DNA of 64,000 nt from an uncultured Actinomycetota bacterium (GTDB lineage: Bacteria; Actinomycetota; Actinomycetes; Mycobacteriales; Pseudonocardiaceae). The number at the start of each line of letters is the position of its first letter. Position 1 is the stretch's first letter. Of this stretch, positions 1-7,846 are shown piece after piece. The notes below the pieces were generated by a model. It was not told the DNA's origin. It saw only the letters and a program-made list of their open reading frames with translations, and did no database searches. The translations under genes were made by a program, and so were the position numbers. The stretch spans positions 95,973 to 159,972 of the forward strand of contig CAWFMI010000004.1 in NCBI GenBank assembly GCA_963816995.1, read 5' to 3'.

Positions 1-239
1 GCCAGCTGGTCGGGCGGAGATCCACGCCGCTCGCGACGCTCACCCCTCGCGAGCGCGAGGTGCTGGAGCTCGTCGCCGAGGGGCGGTCCAACACCGCGAT
101 CGCGGCGGCGTTGTTCGTCTCCGAGAAGGCGGTGGGCAAGCACATCAGCAGCATCTTCGGCAAGCTGGACCTGCCGCCGTCGGACGACGACAACCGCCGC
201 GTCCGTGCCGTCCTCGCGTACCTGCAGGCCGTCACCTGA
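1..239 (+). CDS. LuxR/NarL-family response regulator, C-terminal HTH part (5-prime end lies outside the window)
   Basis: The frame ending at TGA 237-239 reads ...LTPREREVLELVAEGRSNTAIAAALFVSEKAVGKHISSIFGKLDL..., a LuxR-type HTH signature. Confidence 0.8.
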   Translation, partial: QLVGRRSTPLATLTPREREVLELVAEGRSNTAIAAALFVSEKAVGKHISSIFGKLDLPPSDDDNRRVRAVLAYLQAVT

Positions 240-260
240 GCGCGACTACCCTGGAGCCCC

Positions 261-1337
261 GTGTCACTCACCCTCGGCATCGTCGGCCTGCCCAACGTCG
301 GCAAGTCGACGCTGTTCAACGCCCTCACCCACAACGAAGTGCTCGCGGCGAACTACCCGTTCGCGACGATCGAGCCCAACGTCGGGGTGGTGCCGCTTCC
401 CGACCCGCGCCTCGACGTGCTGGCACGCCTGTTCTCGTCGGCGCGCACGGTGCCCGCCACCGTGTCGTTCGTCGACATCGCGGGCATCGTGAAGGGTGCG
501 TCCGAGGGGGCGGGGCTGGGCAACAAATTCCTCGCCAACATCCGCGAGTCGGACGCCATCTGCCAGGTCGTGCGCGTGTTCGACGACCCGGATGTCGTGC
601 ACGTCGAGGGGCGTATCGACGCCGCCGGCGACATCGAGACGATCTCCACCGAGTTGATCCTCGCCGACCTCCAGACCCTGGAGAAGGCCGTCCCGCGCCT
701 GCAGAAGGAGGCGCGCACGCAGAAGGACCGCCGTCCCGTGCTGGAGGCCGCGGAGCGGGCCGCCGAGATCCTCAACGGCGGCACCACGCTGTTCGCGGCC
801 GGCGTCGACCGCGAGCCGCTGCGGGAGCTGTCACTGCTCACCACCAAGCCGTTCCTCTACGTCTTCAACGCCGACGAGGCGATCCTCTCCGACGAGGGGC
901 GCCGCAAGGAGCTCGCCGCGCTGGTCGCTCCGGCCGACGCGGTGTTCCTCGACGCCAAGGTGGAGGCCGAGCTGCTGGAGCTGGACGACGAGGAGGCGGC
1001 CCGCGAGCTGCTGGAGTCCATCGGCCAGGAGGAGCCGGGCCTGCACGGCCTCGCCCGCGCCGGCTTCCACACGCTCGGGCTCCAGACCTACCTCACGGCG
1101 GGCCCCAAGGAGTCCAGGGCGTGGACGATCCGCAAGGGCTCCACTGCTCCGCAGGCCGCCGGGGTGATCCACACCGACTTCGAGCGCGGCTTCATCAAGG
1201 CCGAGATCGTGTCCTTCGACGACCTCGTGGAGGCCGGGTCGATGTCAGCGGCGAAGGCTGCGGGCAAGGTGCGGATGGAGGGCAAGGACTACGTCATGGC
1301 CGACGGTGACGTGGTGGAGTTCAGGTTCAACGTGTGA
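261..1337 (+). CDS. ychF: Ribosome-binding ATPase YchF (Obg-like family)
   Basis: 358 aa with GTG start. G1 motif GIVGLPNVGKSTLFNALT. C-terminus ...GKDYVMADGDVVEFRFNV is typical of YchF. Confidence 0.95.
   Translation: MSLTLGIVGLPNVGKSTLFNALTHNEVLAANYPFATIEPNVGVVPLPDPRLDVLARLFSSARTVPATVSFVDIAGIVKGASEGAGLGNKFLANIRESDAICQVVRVFDDPDVVHVEGRIDAAGDIETISTELILADLQTLEKAVPRLQKEARTQKDRRPVLEAAERAAEILNGGTTLFAAGVDREPLRELSLLTTKPFLYVFNADEAILSDEGRRKELAALVAPADAVFLDAKVEAELLELDDEEAARELLESIGQEEPGLHGLARAGFHTLGLQTYLTAGPKESRAWTIRKGSTAPQAAGVIHTDFERGFIKAEIVSFDDLVEAGSMSAAKAAGKVRMEGKDYVMADGDVVEFRFNV
1311..1337 (+). repeat. ychF 3-prime terminal 27-mer, copy A (functional gene end)
   Basis: GTGGTGGAGTTCAGGTTCAACGTGTGA; near-identical copies at 2622-2649, 4162-4189 and 5047-5074. 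Confidence 0.9.
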
Positions 1338-1524
1338 GGGACGGCCTTCTTGCTGGCCACAGAGTTCGACGATGGCCTCGGTGAGCTGCTGTGCAGGCGG
1401 GCATCCTCTGCTCCGGTCCGCAAGCCGTTGCGGCGCCCGACTCGCCTCTGGTGAGACGCGCCTCGGTGGGTAACGAAGACGCATGTCAAAGCGTTGGAAG
1501 GTTTGAACCGTCTGAGTGGTTCGG

Positions 1525-1569
1525 CGTGCGACTTGTCGGTGCACCGTGCGACATTTCGGTTCGACAAGT
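1525..1569 (+). promoter_or_regulatory. Possible operator upstream of the first TA pair
   Basis: 8-bp inverted repeat ACTTGTCG (1531-1538) / CGACAAGT (1562-1569), plus direct repeat GTGCGAC (1525, 1546), ending 19 nt before the antitoxin start. Confidence 0.3.
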
Positions 1570-1587
1570 ACTGGGGAGGTGAGCATC

Positions 1588-2142
1588 GTGACCGTGCAGA
1601 CGCCGGATGTGAGTGTCCACGACGTCGTTGGCTACATCAAGGAGCAGCTGCCGGAGGCGTCCGCCATGCAGCGGCACAAGCTCGCCTACTACGCGCAGGC
1701 CTGGCATGTGACGTGGGAGGGCCGGCCGCTGTTCCCCGAGCGAATCGAGGCATGGGAACACGGGCCAGTGGTGCGCGCTGTCTGGTCGGCCGAGAAGTAC
1801 GGGCCTCCCCCTGTGCCGGCGCCGCTGGACACCCACTCCCGCCACGTCGTGGATGCAGTGATCGCCTTCTACGGGCATATGACGGCGGCGACCTTGCGGG
1901 CGCTCACGCACATGGAGGCTCCGTGGATCATTGCGCGACATGGGTTGCCTGAAGGCGCCAACTGCGAGGACGAGATTTCAGTCAGCGACATGCGCCGGTT
2001 CTACACACGCAAGGCGATCTTGCGGGAGCAGACGCCGACTCGGCCGATCGAGGACGACGATCCTCCCCTGGAGGCGACGCTCCGTCTGGCTGATGAGGAG
2101 ATCGCTCGCTGGCGCGAGGCATTGAACAAGCTGGCGCAGTAG
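1588..2142 (+). CDS. Panacea-domain (DUF4065, SocA/GepA-like) antitoxin
   Basis: KLAYYAQAWHVTWEGRPLFPERIEAWEHGPVV matches the DUF4065 core. GTG 1588 lies 8 nt after GGGGAGG; the listed ORF start 1516 is probably too far upstream. Confidence 0.7.
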   Translation: MTVQTPDVSVHDVVGYIKEQLPEASAMQRHKLAYYAQAWHVTWEGRPLFPERIEAWEHGPVVRAVWSAEKYGPPPVPAPLDTHSRHVVDAVIAFYGHMTAATLRALTHMEAPWIIARHGLPEGANCEDEISVSDMRRFYTRKAILREQTPTRPIEDDDPPLEATLRLADEEIARWREALNKLAQ

Positions 2143-2520
2143 TTGGCACTCTGTCTCTCGCTTGAGGCCGTCAAGGCGATCCACCGGCGAGTCGCCCCAG
2201 GTCACGTCCTGCTCGACGAAGCCTCTCTGCTCGCGTCTCTCGCGCGGCCGATGCAGGGAGGTTTCAGTCGGGACGAGTTCTACCCGACGGTGATCGAGAA
2301 GGCAGCGGCGCTGCTGCACAGCCTGGCTCGCACACAGCCGTTCTCCGACGGAAACAAGCGCGTCGCTTGGGCGAGCTGCGTGACCTTCCTCAGGCAGAAT
2401 GGCCTGATGGTCAGTCCGTTGATCAGTCAGGACGAGGTGGTGGAGTTCGTCCTCGACATCGCCAACAACGCGTACGAGGCAGAGGACGTCGCGTTGCGCC
2501 TGCTGGAGTGGGTGCTCTGA
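2143..2520 (+). CDS. doc: Fic/Doc-family toxin (death-on-curing type)
   Basis: 125 aa with HSLARTQPFSDGNKRVAW, the Fic/Doc active-site motif. The TTG start directly abuts the TAG stop of the upstream gene. Confidence 0.8.
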   Translation: MALCLSLEAVKAIHRRVAPGHVLLDEASLLASLARPMQGGFSRDEFYPTVIEKAAALLHSLARTQPFSDGNKRVAWASCVTFLRQNGLMVSPLISQDEVVEFVLDIANNAYEAEDVALRLLEWVL

Positions 2521-2621
2521 CGCGCGTACTCTCGCCGGTCGTCCACCGGTGATGTTGGACTGCCGCGTGCAGGTCCGATGCGCCCCGCCGCCTTGGCTCA
2601 ACACGTTGATCAGCGACGTAG

Positions 2622-2671
2622 CTTGGTGGAGTTCAGGTTCAACGTGTAATTCCGTTGCGGTTCAACGTCTG
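2622..2671 (+). repeat. ychF 3-prime end copy B with a 22-nt right extension
   Basis: CTTGGTGGAGTTCAGGTTCAACGTGTAA then TTCCGTTGCGGTTCAACGTCTG. In the ychF frame it encodes LVEFRFNV-stop. Confidence 0.85.
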
Positions 2672-3059
2672 ACGCCGTCGGGACTGCTCACCAGGTTGCC
2701 GACGTACTGGATCTCTGTGCACGTAGACCCACCATCGCATGCTGGACGCTCCAGCTCGTGAGCGGCGATCCCGATGACTGCCGAGCCGGCAGGGCTGGAG
2801 CTGCGACGGCGGCGGGTGACGCTTCTCCGCTCTCGCCTGCCGGGAACCTCCGTGGCCAAGGCCTGCAGTTGATGGATGCTCAGCTCAGTCCGCCGGTCCA
2901 GCGTCGTCACCGGCCCCGTCGACCTGCTGTCGCCCCTCCTCCCGTAGCCGTGTGGTGGCCGCCAGCTGGTGCTTCTACGTGCGAAGCGTGCTACACATGC
3001 TGCGGCTGCTGCGGTTATTTCAGCTACAGTGACCTCTCGGGAGCAGGAGGTGCGGGTCG

Positions 3060-3524
3060 ATGAGCAGGGCAACAGTCAAGACGGCCACGCCCGACGAGCA
3101 GGATGCTCGGCTGGCACGCGATGCCCTGGTTCGCGTCCGGCGCTACCTCCTGGAGCATCCTGGTGGCCCGCACCAGGCGGTGCAGGTGAGGGCTGAGGAG
3201 GCCGACGCAGAGCAGCTGTCGTTGCCCCGATCGGTGGTCGAGGCCGTAGCGGCGATCCTGGCGCACATGGCAGCCGGTCGGGCTGTGTCGGTGGTCCCTC
3301 ACAACGCCGAGCTGACCACGCAACAGGCGGCCGACCTGTTGAACGTCTCGCGTCCGTTCCTGATCGGTCTGCTGGAAGCAGAGGAGATCGAGCATCACAG
3401 AGTCGGTTCCCACCGACGGGTCCCCGCCGCCTCGCTTCTCGACTACAAGCGTCGCGATGATGCGCGGAGGCGGGGCGTCGCCGACGACCTGACCGCCCTC
3501 AGCCAGGAGCTTGGGCTCGACTGA
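3060..3524 (+). CDS. Excisionase/MerR-like HTH antitoxin paired with the PIN toxin
   Basis: 154 aa with LTTQQAADLLNVSRPFLIGLLEAEEIEHHRVGSHRRV (excisionase-family HTH). SD-like GGAGCAGGAGG upstream. Overlaps the downstream PIN gene. Confidence 0.65.
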   Translation: MSRATVKTATPDEQDARLARDALVRVRRYLLEHPGGPHQAVQVRAEEADAEQLSLPRSVVEAVAAILAHMAAGRAVSVVPHNAELTTQQAADLLNVSRPFLIGLLEAEEIEHHRVGSHRRVPAASLLDYKRRDDARRRGVADDLTALSQELGLD

Positions 3525-4101
3525 TGGGTTCGTGGTCATCTACGACGCCAACGTGCTGCATCCGCCCGTTCTGCGGGATGTGCTCATCCGGGTGGCGCAG
3601 GGTGGGCACGTGCAGGCCAGGTGGACCAACGCCATCCTGGACGAGACGTTCAAGTCCATCCAGGAACGCCGTCCCGACCTGGACCCGGTCAAGCTCGACC
3701 GTACTCGTGAGCTGATGAGCGGTGCCATCCGTGATGTGTTGGTGACTGGCTACGAACCCCTCATCCCGGCCGTCACGCTGCCCGACCCGGACGACCGGCA
3801 CGTCGTCGCGGCTGCGATCCGGGCTCGGGCGCAAGTGATCGTCACCGCGAACGTGCGGGACTTCCCCGTCGAAGCGCTGAGCCCGTGGGATGTCGAGGCG
3901 AAGACGCCGGACGAGTTCCTGCTCGACCAATTCCATCTGAGCGGTCCGGGGCTGTACGGCGCCGTCCAGCGCGTCGCGGATAGCTGGAGCAATCCGCCCG
4001 GCACAGTCAGCGACGTCCTCGACCGGCTCGAGCGCAGTGGCTTGGTCGAGACCGCTGCGCTTCTGCGCGGTTGGCAAGCGCCTGGCTGGCAGCAAGGCTG
4101 A
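3511..4101 (+). CDS. PIN-domain ribonuclease toxin
   Basis: Acidic PIN residues lie in VIYDANVL, PDPDDRHVVAAAI and VTANVRDF. Start is uncertain (TTG 3511 or GTG 3532). Confidence 0.7.
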   Translation: MGSTDGFVVIYDANVLHPPVLRDVLIRVAQGGHVQARWTNAILDETFKSIQERRPDLDPVKLDRTRELMSGAIRDVLVTGYEPLIPAVTLPDPDDRHVVAAAIRARAQVIVTANVRDFPVEALSPWDVEAKTPDEFLLDQFHLSGPGLYGAVQRVADSWSNPPGTVSDVLDRLERSGLVETAALLRGWQAPGWQQG

Positions 4102-4140
4102 AGCGAAGAGCGGAAACTGGTCGCTCGAAGGTCAAACGCG

Positions 4141-4211
4141 TGAGGTTGTTCTACTGCGGACCTTGGTGGAGTTCAGGTTTAACGTGTAGGTCCGTTGCGG
4201 TTCGACGTCTG
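4141..4211 (+). repeat. ychF 3-prime end copy C with left and right extensions
   Basis: TGAGGTTGTTCTACTGCGGAC-CTTGGTGGAGTTCAGGTTTAACGTGTAG-GTCCGTTGCGGTTCGACGTCTG. The right part matches copy B and the left part matches copy D. Confidence 0.85.
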
Positions 4212-4263
4212 GCAGGCCGGAATCCGGGCCTGCATGTCCTACTCTTGTACTACACTGCTGCTC

Positions 4264-4536
4264 ATGGTTCAGGTTCCGGTGCGCGAGCTGAACCAGGACA
4301 CCGCGGGTGTGCTGGCTCGGGTCGAGAGCGGCGAGACGGTGGAGATCACCCGCCATGGTCGCGTGATCGGGCGCATCGTGCCGGCCGGCGTGGGGGAACT
4401 CGACGACTGGGTCGCCCAGGGCCGGGCGGTTCCGGCCACGATCGCCGGGCCGATCCCCATGCCGGCCCACCGGGCGGAGGCGGGTTCCGAATCCGGGCAA
4501 CTGCTGCGGGATCTGCGCGACGAGGAGCGTTGGTGA
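4264..4536 (+). CDS. Phd/YefM-type antitoxin (VapB-like)
   Basis: MVQVPVRELNQDTAGVLARVESGETVEITRHGRVIGRIVP is a typical Phd/YefM N-terminus. Its stop overlaps the GTG of the VapC gene (GTGA). Confidence 0.75.
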   Translation: MVQVPVRELNQDTAGVLARVESGETVEITRHGRVIGRIVPAGVGELDDWVAQGRAVPATIAGPIPMPAHRAEAGSESGQLLRDLRDEERW

Positions 4537-4943
4537 TCTACCTCGACTCTGCTGCGCTGGTCAAACTGGTCCGGGAGGAGGACGAGACCCGCGCGCTGGT
4601 GACTTGGCTGAACGAACGTGCGGGCCAGCGCCTGGTCGCGTCTGTGCTCGTGGACGTCGAGGTTCCGCGTGCGTTGCGTCGCAGTCAACCCGGGGTGCTG
4701 GGAGCCGTGGCGGCGACGCTGGCCCGGATCGACCGCATCGAGCTGGATGCAGCGGTCCGTGCCACCGCCGCCGCCTACGTCGATCCATTGCTCCGCTCGC
4801 TCGACGCCATCCACTTGGCAACTGCCGAACAGCTCGTAGCCTCGGGGAAGGATGTGGGCGCGTTCGTCACCTATGACAAGCGCCTCGCCGAGGCGGCCCG
4901 TTCCTGTTCCTTCTCCGTGGTGGCGCCGGGCGCCGGGGTATGA
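4533..4943 (+). CDS. vapC: VapC-type PIN-domain toxin
   Basis: VIYLDSAALVKL..., SLDAIHLATA and FVTYDKRLAEAA supply the conserved PIN aspartates. Translationally coupled to the antitoxin. Confidence 0.8.
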   Translation: MIYLDSAALVKLVREEDETRALVTWLNERAGQRLVASVLVDVEVPRALRRSQPGVLGAVAATLARIDRIELDAAVRATAAAYVDPLLRSLDAIHLATAEQLVASGKDVGAFVTYDKRLAEAARSCSFSVVAPGAGV

Positions 4944-5025
4944 GGAGCCGCGTCGTGTCGCCAACCTCAGAGGCTCGTCAGGAGGGGCCTGGCCTGACTC
5001 CCGGTGCCCAAGGTCTGATCGGTGC

Positions 5026-5074
5026 TGAGGTTGTCCGGCTGCGCAGCTTGGTGGAGTTCCGCTGCAACGTGTGA
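5026..5074 (+). repeat. ychF 3-prime end copy D (most diverged) with left extension
   Basis: TGAGGTTGTCCGGCTGCGCAG-CTTGGTGGAGTTCCGCTGCAACGTGTGA. Encodes LVEFRCNV-stop. Confidence 0.8.
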
Positions 5075-5121
5075 CCGGTGGCCAGGTCCCACACCCGACG
5101 CATCCGCCCGATCGCTGCTCG

Positions 5122-5955
5122 TCACTGCGATCCGGCGGCCACCAGCCGTGCGGTGATGGGTTCGAGCTCGGCGACCAGCTCGGCGAGCTCGGCGGCGGAG
5201 AGTGCGTCGTAGGGCGGGGCGGCGAGCTCGTCGGTGAGGGCTTCGATGCGTTGCTTGGTCTCGCGGCCGGCGTCGGTGAACCAGCCGTCGGCGTCGACGA
5301 GCCCGCGCTCGCGCAGCCCGTCCATGACCTCGGCCAGCCGCTCCTTCGGCAGGTGGTGGATGCGCCCGAACGACTCCGGCGGGTGGATGCCCTGCTCCAG
5401 CGCGGACAGCACGTGGGCCTCCGCACCGCCGATGCGCGCGCCGAGGAGAGCGGCGATGTGCCCGTCCCCGCGGTGCTCGCGGAGCATGGTCGCGGAGTGC
5501 CACAGCCGGGTGACCGGGTCGCTGGGCACCGGAAGGGTGCGCCACCCGGCGTACATCACCCGACCTTGCGTGGGCGCGCTCGTCGCGGCCTTGGTGGTCA
5601 GGTCGGCGGCGCGCGCCAGGCCGGGGGACTCGGCCAGCTCCTCGCCGACAATTCGCCGTACGGAGGCCGCGCTGCCTCGTCGCCACGCGGCGAAGGAGAC
5701 CTCCGGCGGGATCGTTTCCCACGCGCTCGGGATGTGCCGCGCTGCCTCCCCCTCGGCGAAGCTGTAGAAGGCCGCGTGCACGACCTGTGCCGGCACCCGT
5801 CCCAGTGGCGCGGCGCGACTGGCGAAGTAGCCGTCCCAGTAGGTGCGGTGGCCGAGCGCGGCCAGCTCCTCGTTGGACTCGTCGGCGAAGTAGGTGACCA
5901 GGCAGATCGGTTCGAGGAGTTCGAACATGCGACGGGCGGTTCTCGCGGCTGGCAT
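5122..5955 (-). CDS. Conserved actinobacterial protein of unknown function (resembles what I recall as the SCO6745 family; possible C-terminal winged-helix)
   Basis: 277-aa ORF with coding-like composition. The family assignment is from memory only. Confidence 0.5.
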   Translation of the reverse strand: MPAARTARRMFELLEPICLVTYFADESNEELAALGHRTYWDGYFASRAAPLGRVPAQVVHAAFYSFAEGEAARHIPSAWETIPPEVSFAAWRRGSAASVRRIVGEELAESPGLARAADLTTKAATSAPTQGRVMYAGWRTLPVPSDPVTRLWHSATMLREHRGDGHIAALLGARIGGAEAHVLSALEQGIHPPESFGRIHHLPKERLAEVMDGLRERGLVDADGWFTDAGRETKQRIEALTDELAAPPYDALSAAELAELVAELEPITARLVAAGSQ

Positions 5956-6089
5956 GACTGATCAGACCAGGCGAGCGCCTCGGACTCATCGGTGCCGTCG
6001 GGGAGAAATCGGCAATTCCCTCGCCTGCCCGGGCGCCCTCGCGGCGGCGATCGCTGGTCGAAGGGCGGCTGCGTCCGTCGTGACGCGCC

Positions 6090-7541
6090 CTAGTTCGGTG
6101 CCTGGAAGCCGCCGATCTCCTGCTCGAGCAGTTCGGCCAGCCGCAGCGGGGTGCGGTCCTCGAACATCGGACCGATGAGCTGAACTCCCACCGGCAGGCC
6201 CTCGGGGGACCGGCCCGCGGGTATGGCGGTGGCGGGCAGGCCGGGCATGGTGGCCAGGCCGGCCCAGACGAGCTGGTCGAAGTACGGGTACTCGGCCCCG
6301 TCGATGTCGATGCGCCGTTCCAACGGATTGGGGCTGTGGTCGTGCGGGAACGCGGGCGTCGGCGTGATCGGGCACACCACGGCGTCGAACTCGGCGAACA
6401 GCTGCCGCCAGCCGTGACGGTGGAGCTCGCGACGGTTGTACACCTCGAGCCAGTCGCGGTGGCTGAACACCATCCCACGCAGCCGCACCGCGTCGAGACT
6501 CTGGTCGTCCGCGCTCAGGCCGGCGGCGCGGGTCCGCAGCTGCTCGTACGCGTCGACGGGAAAACGCGCGACAGAGCCGGAAACCAGCAACTGCATGTAG
6601 AGCCGCGCGGCCTCGGCCAGGTCGGGCAGCAGCCGCCTGTGCCGTTCGACTCGGGCTCCGCCGCCGGCAAGTGCCTCGGCCACCCGGCGCACGCCCGCCC
6701 GCACGGCGGACCCGGTCGGGATGAGCGGGTGCTCGTCGAGGACCAGGACCCGGAAGTCGTGGAGCTGCTCGTGGCGCGCGGGCGGCAGCGTCAACCCGTA
6801 CGCCACACCGTGCGTCAGCGGGTCCGGTCCGGCCATGACGTCGAGCAGGAGCGTGAGATCGCGGGCGGTGCGCGCCATCGGCCCGACGACGGCGAGGTCG
6901 AGGTCGACCGGCAACGGCGCTGCCGGCGGCGCGACCATGCCGCGGGTCGCCGCCAGCCCGAGTGTCGGCTTGTGCGCGTAGACGCCGCAGAAATGCGCGG
7001 GGGTGCGCAGCGAGCCGGCGAGGTCGGAGCCGATGGACAGCGCGCCGAACCCGGACGCCAGGGCCGCCGCTGACCCGCCGGAGGACCCGCCCGACGTGCG
7101 ATCGTGATCCCACGGATTGTTGGTGGTGCCGTAGATCTCGTTGAAGCTCTGGATGTCTTGCAGCCCCAACGGCACATTGGTCTTGCCGATCACCACCGCG
7201 CCGGCGGCCTTGAGTCGCGACACCTGTACCGCGTCCTCGGCCGGCATGTGGTTCCGGTGCGGCGGCATGCCCCAGGTCGTGGGCAGCCCGGCGACGTCGT
7301 AGGACTCCTTGACCGTGACCGGAATGCCGAACAGCGGCCGGTCCTCGCCGCGGGCGCGCGCCTGGTCGGCGTCGCGCGCGGCGGCCCGCGCACGGTCGAA
7401 GTCCGGCACGCAGATCGCGTTGATCACCTTGTCTTCCCGCTCGATACGGGCGATCGCCGCGTCGGTGAGTTCCGTCGAAGTCACTTCACCGGCGCGCAAT
7501 GCAGTCGCGAGCTCTTCCGCCGTCCGAAAATTCCACTCCAT
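6090..7541 (-). CDS. Amidase (amidase-signature family)
   Basis: GGSSGGSAAALASGFGALSIGSDLAGSLRTPAHFCG signature. I prefer the start at MEWNFRTAEEL (7541) over the ORF start 7637. Confidence 0.85.
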   Translation of the reverse strand: MEWNFRTAEELATALRAGEVTSTELTDAAIARIEREDKVINAICVPDFDRARAAARDADQARARGEDRPLFGIPVTVKESYDVAGLPTTWGMPPHRNHMPAEDAVQVSRLKAAGAVVIGKTNVPLGLQDIQSFNEIYGTTNNPWDHDRTSGGSSGGSAAALASGFGALSIGSDLAGSLRTPAHFCGVYAHKPTLGLAATRGMVAPPAAPLPVDLDLAVVGPMARTARDLTLLLDVMAGPDPLTHGVAYGLTLPPARHEQLHDFRVLVLDEHPLIPTGSAVRAGVRRVAEALAGGGARVERHRRLLPDLAEAARLYMQLLVSGSVARFPVDAYEQLRTRAAGLSADDQSLDAVRLRGMVFSHRDWLEVYNRRELHRHGWRQLFAEFDAVVCPITPTPAFPHDHSPNPLERRIDIDGAEYPYFDQLVWAGLATMPGLPATAIPAGRSPEGLPVGVQLIGPMFEDRTPLRLAELLEQEIGGFQAPN

Positions 7542-7669
7542 TGATTCGACGCTACCAGTCGGCTGCAGTCGTGCGATCCCACACAAGTCGACCACATCTG
7601 CCGGAAAGGTGGAAGCGGGTGTCATTCGAGATAGCAAATCCCCAGGTCAGTGGGGTCAACGTGGATCAA

Positions 7670-7683
7670 CTCGACCGGTCGAG
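7670..7683. promoter_or_regulatory. Perfect 14-bp palindrome upstream of the amidase gene
   Basis: CTCGACCGGTCGAG, about 130 bp upstream of the proposed amidase start, in a lower-GC intergenic stretch. Confidence 0.25.
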
Positions 7684-7846
7684 GGCATGAAATGCCGCTT
7701 CGGGCAACGGGATGTACGTCTCAATGTCATCGTATTCCGGTCCGGCCAGATGTCATTCGTCCGACCGCCGGCGATGCGCGGCGGGATCGGCGCCGCCCTG
7801 GTTCTGATCTCCGCGCATTTTTCGGTTGATCCGGGCGGAGCCAGGA

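Noticed and set aside
2662-3072. 136-aa minus-strand and 101-aa plus-strand ORFs in the cassette-2 spacer
   Set aside because: Their composition (Arg/Ser/Cys/Pro-rich, CCGCCGYF-type strings) is not protein-like. No Shine-Dalgarno sequence or motif is present. The region is kept only as a non-coding observation.
2622-4211. Possibility that the ychF-end repeats are integron attC sites
   Set aside because: GTTCAAC fits RYYYAAC, but the second GTTCAAC is in direct rather than inverted orientation. No GTTRRRY partner is placed to form the R-prime-prime / R-prime stem. No intI or attI is visible, and the repeat clearly derives from the ychF coding end.
4967-7113. ORFs of 503 aa and 375 aa overlapping the SCO6745-like and amidase genes
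   Set aside because: Low-complexity Arg/Pro/Ala translations with no motifs. The amidase-signature frame explains the region.
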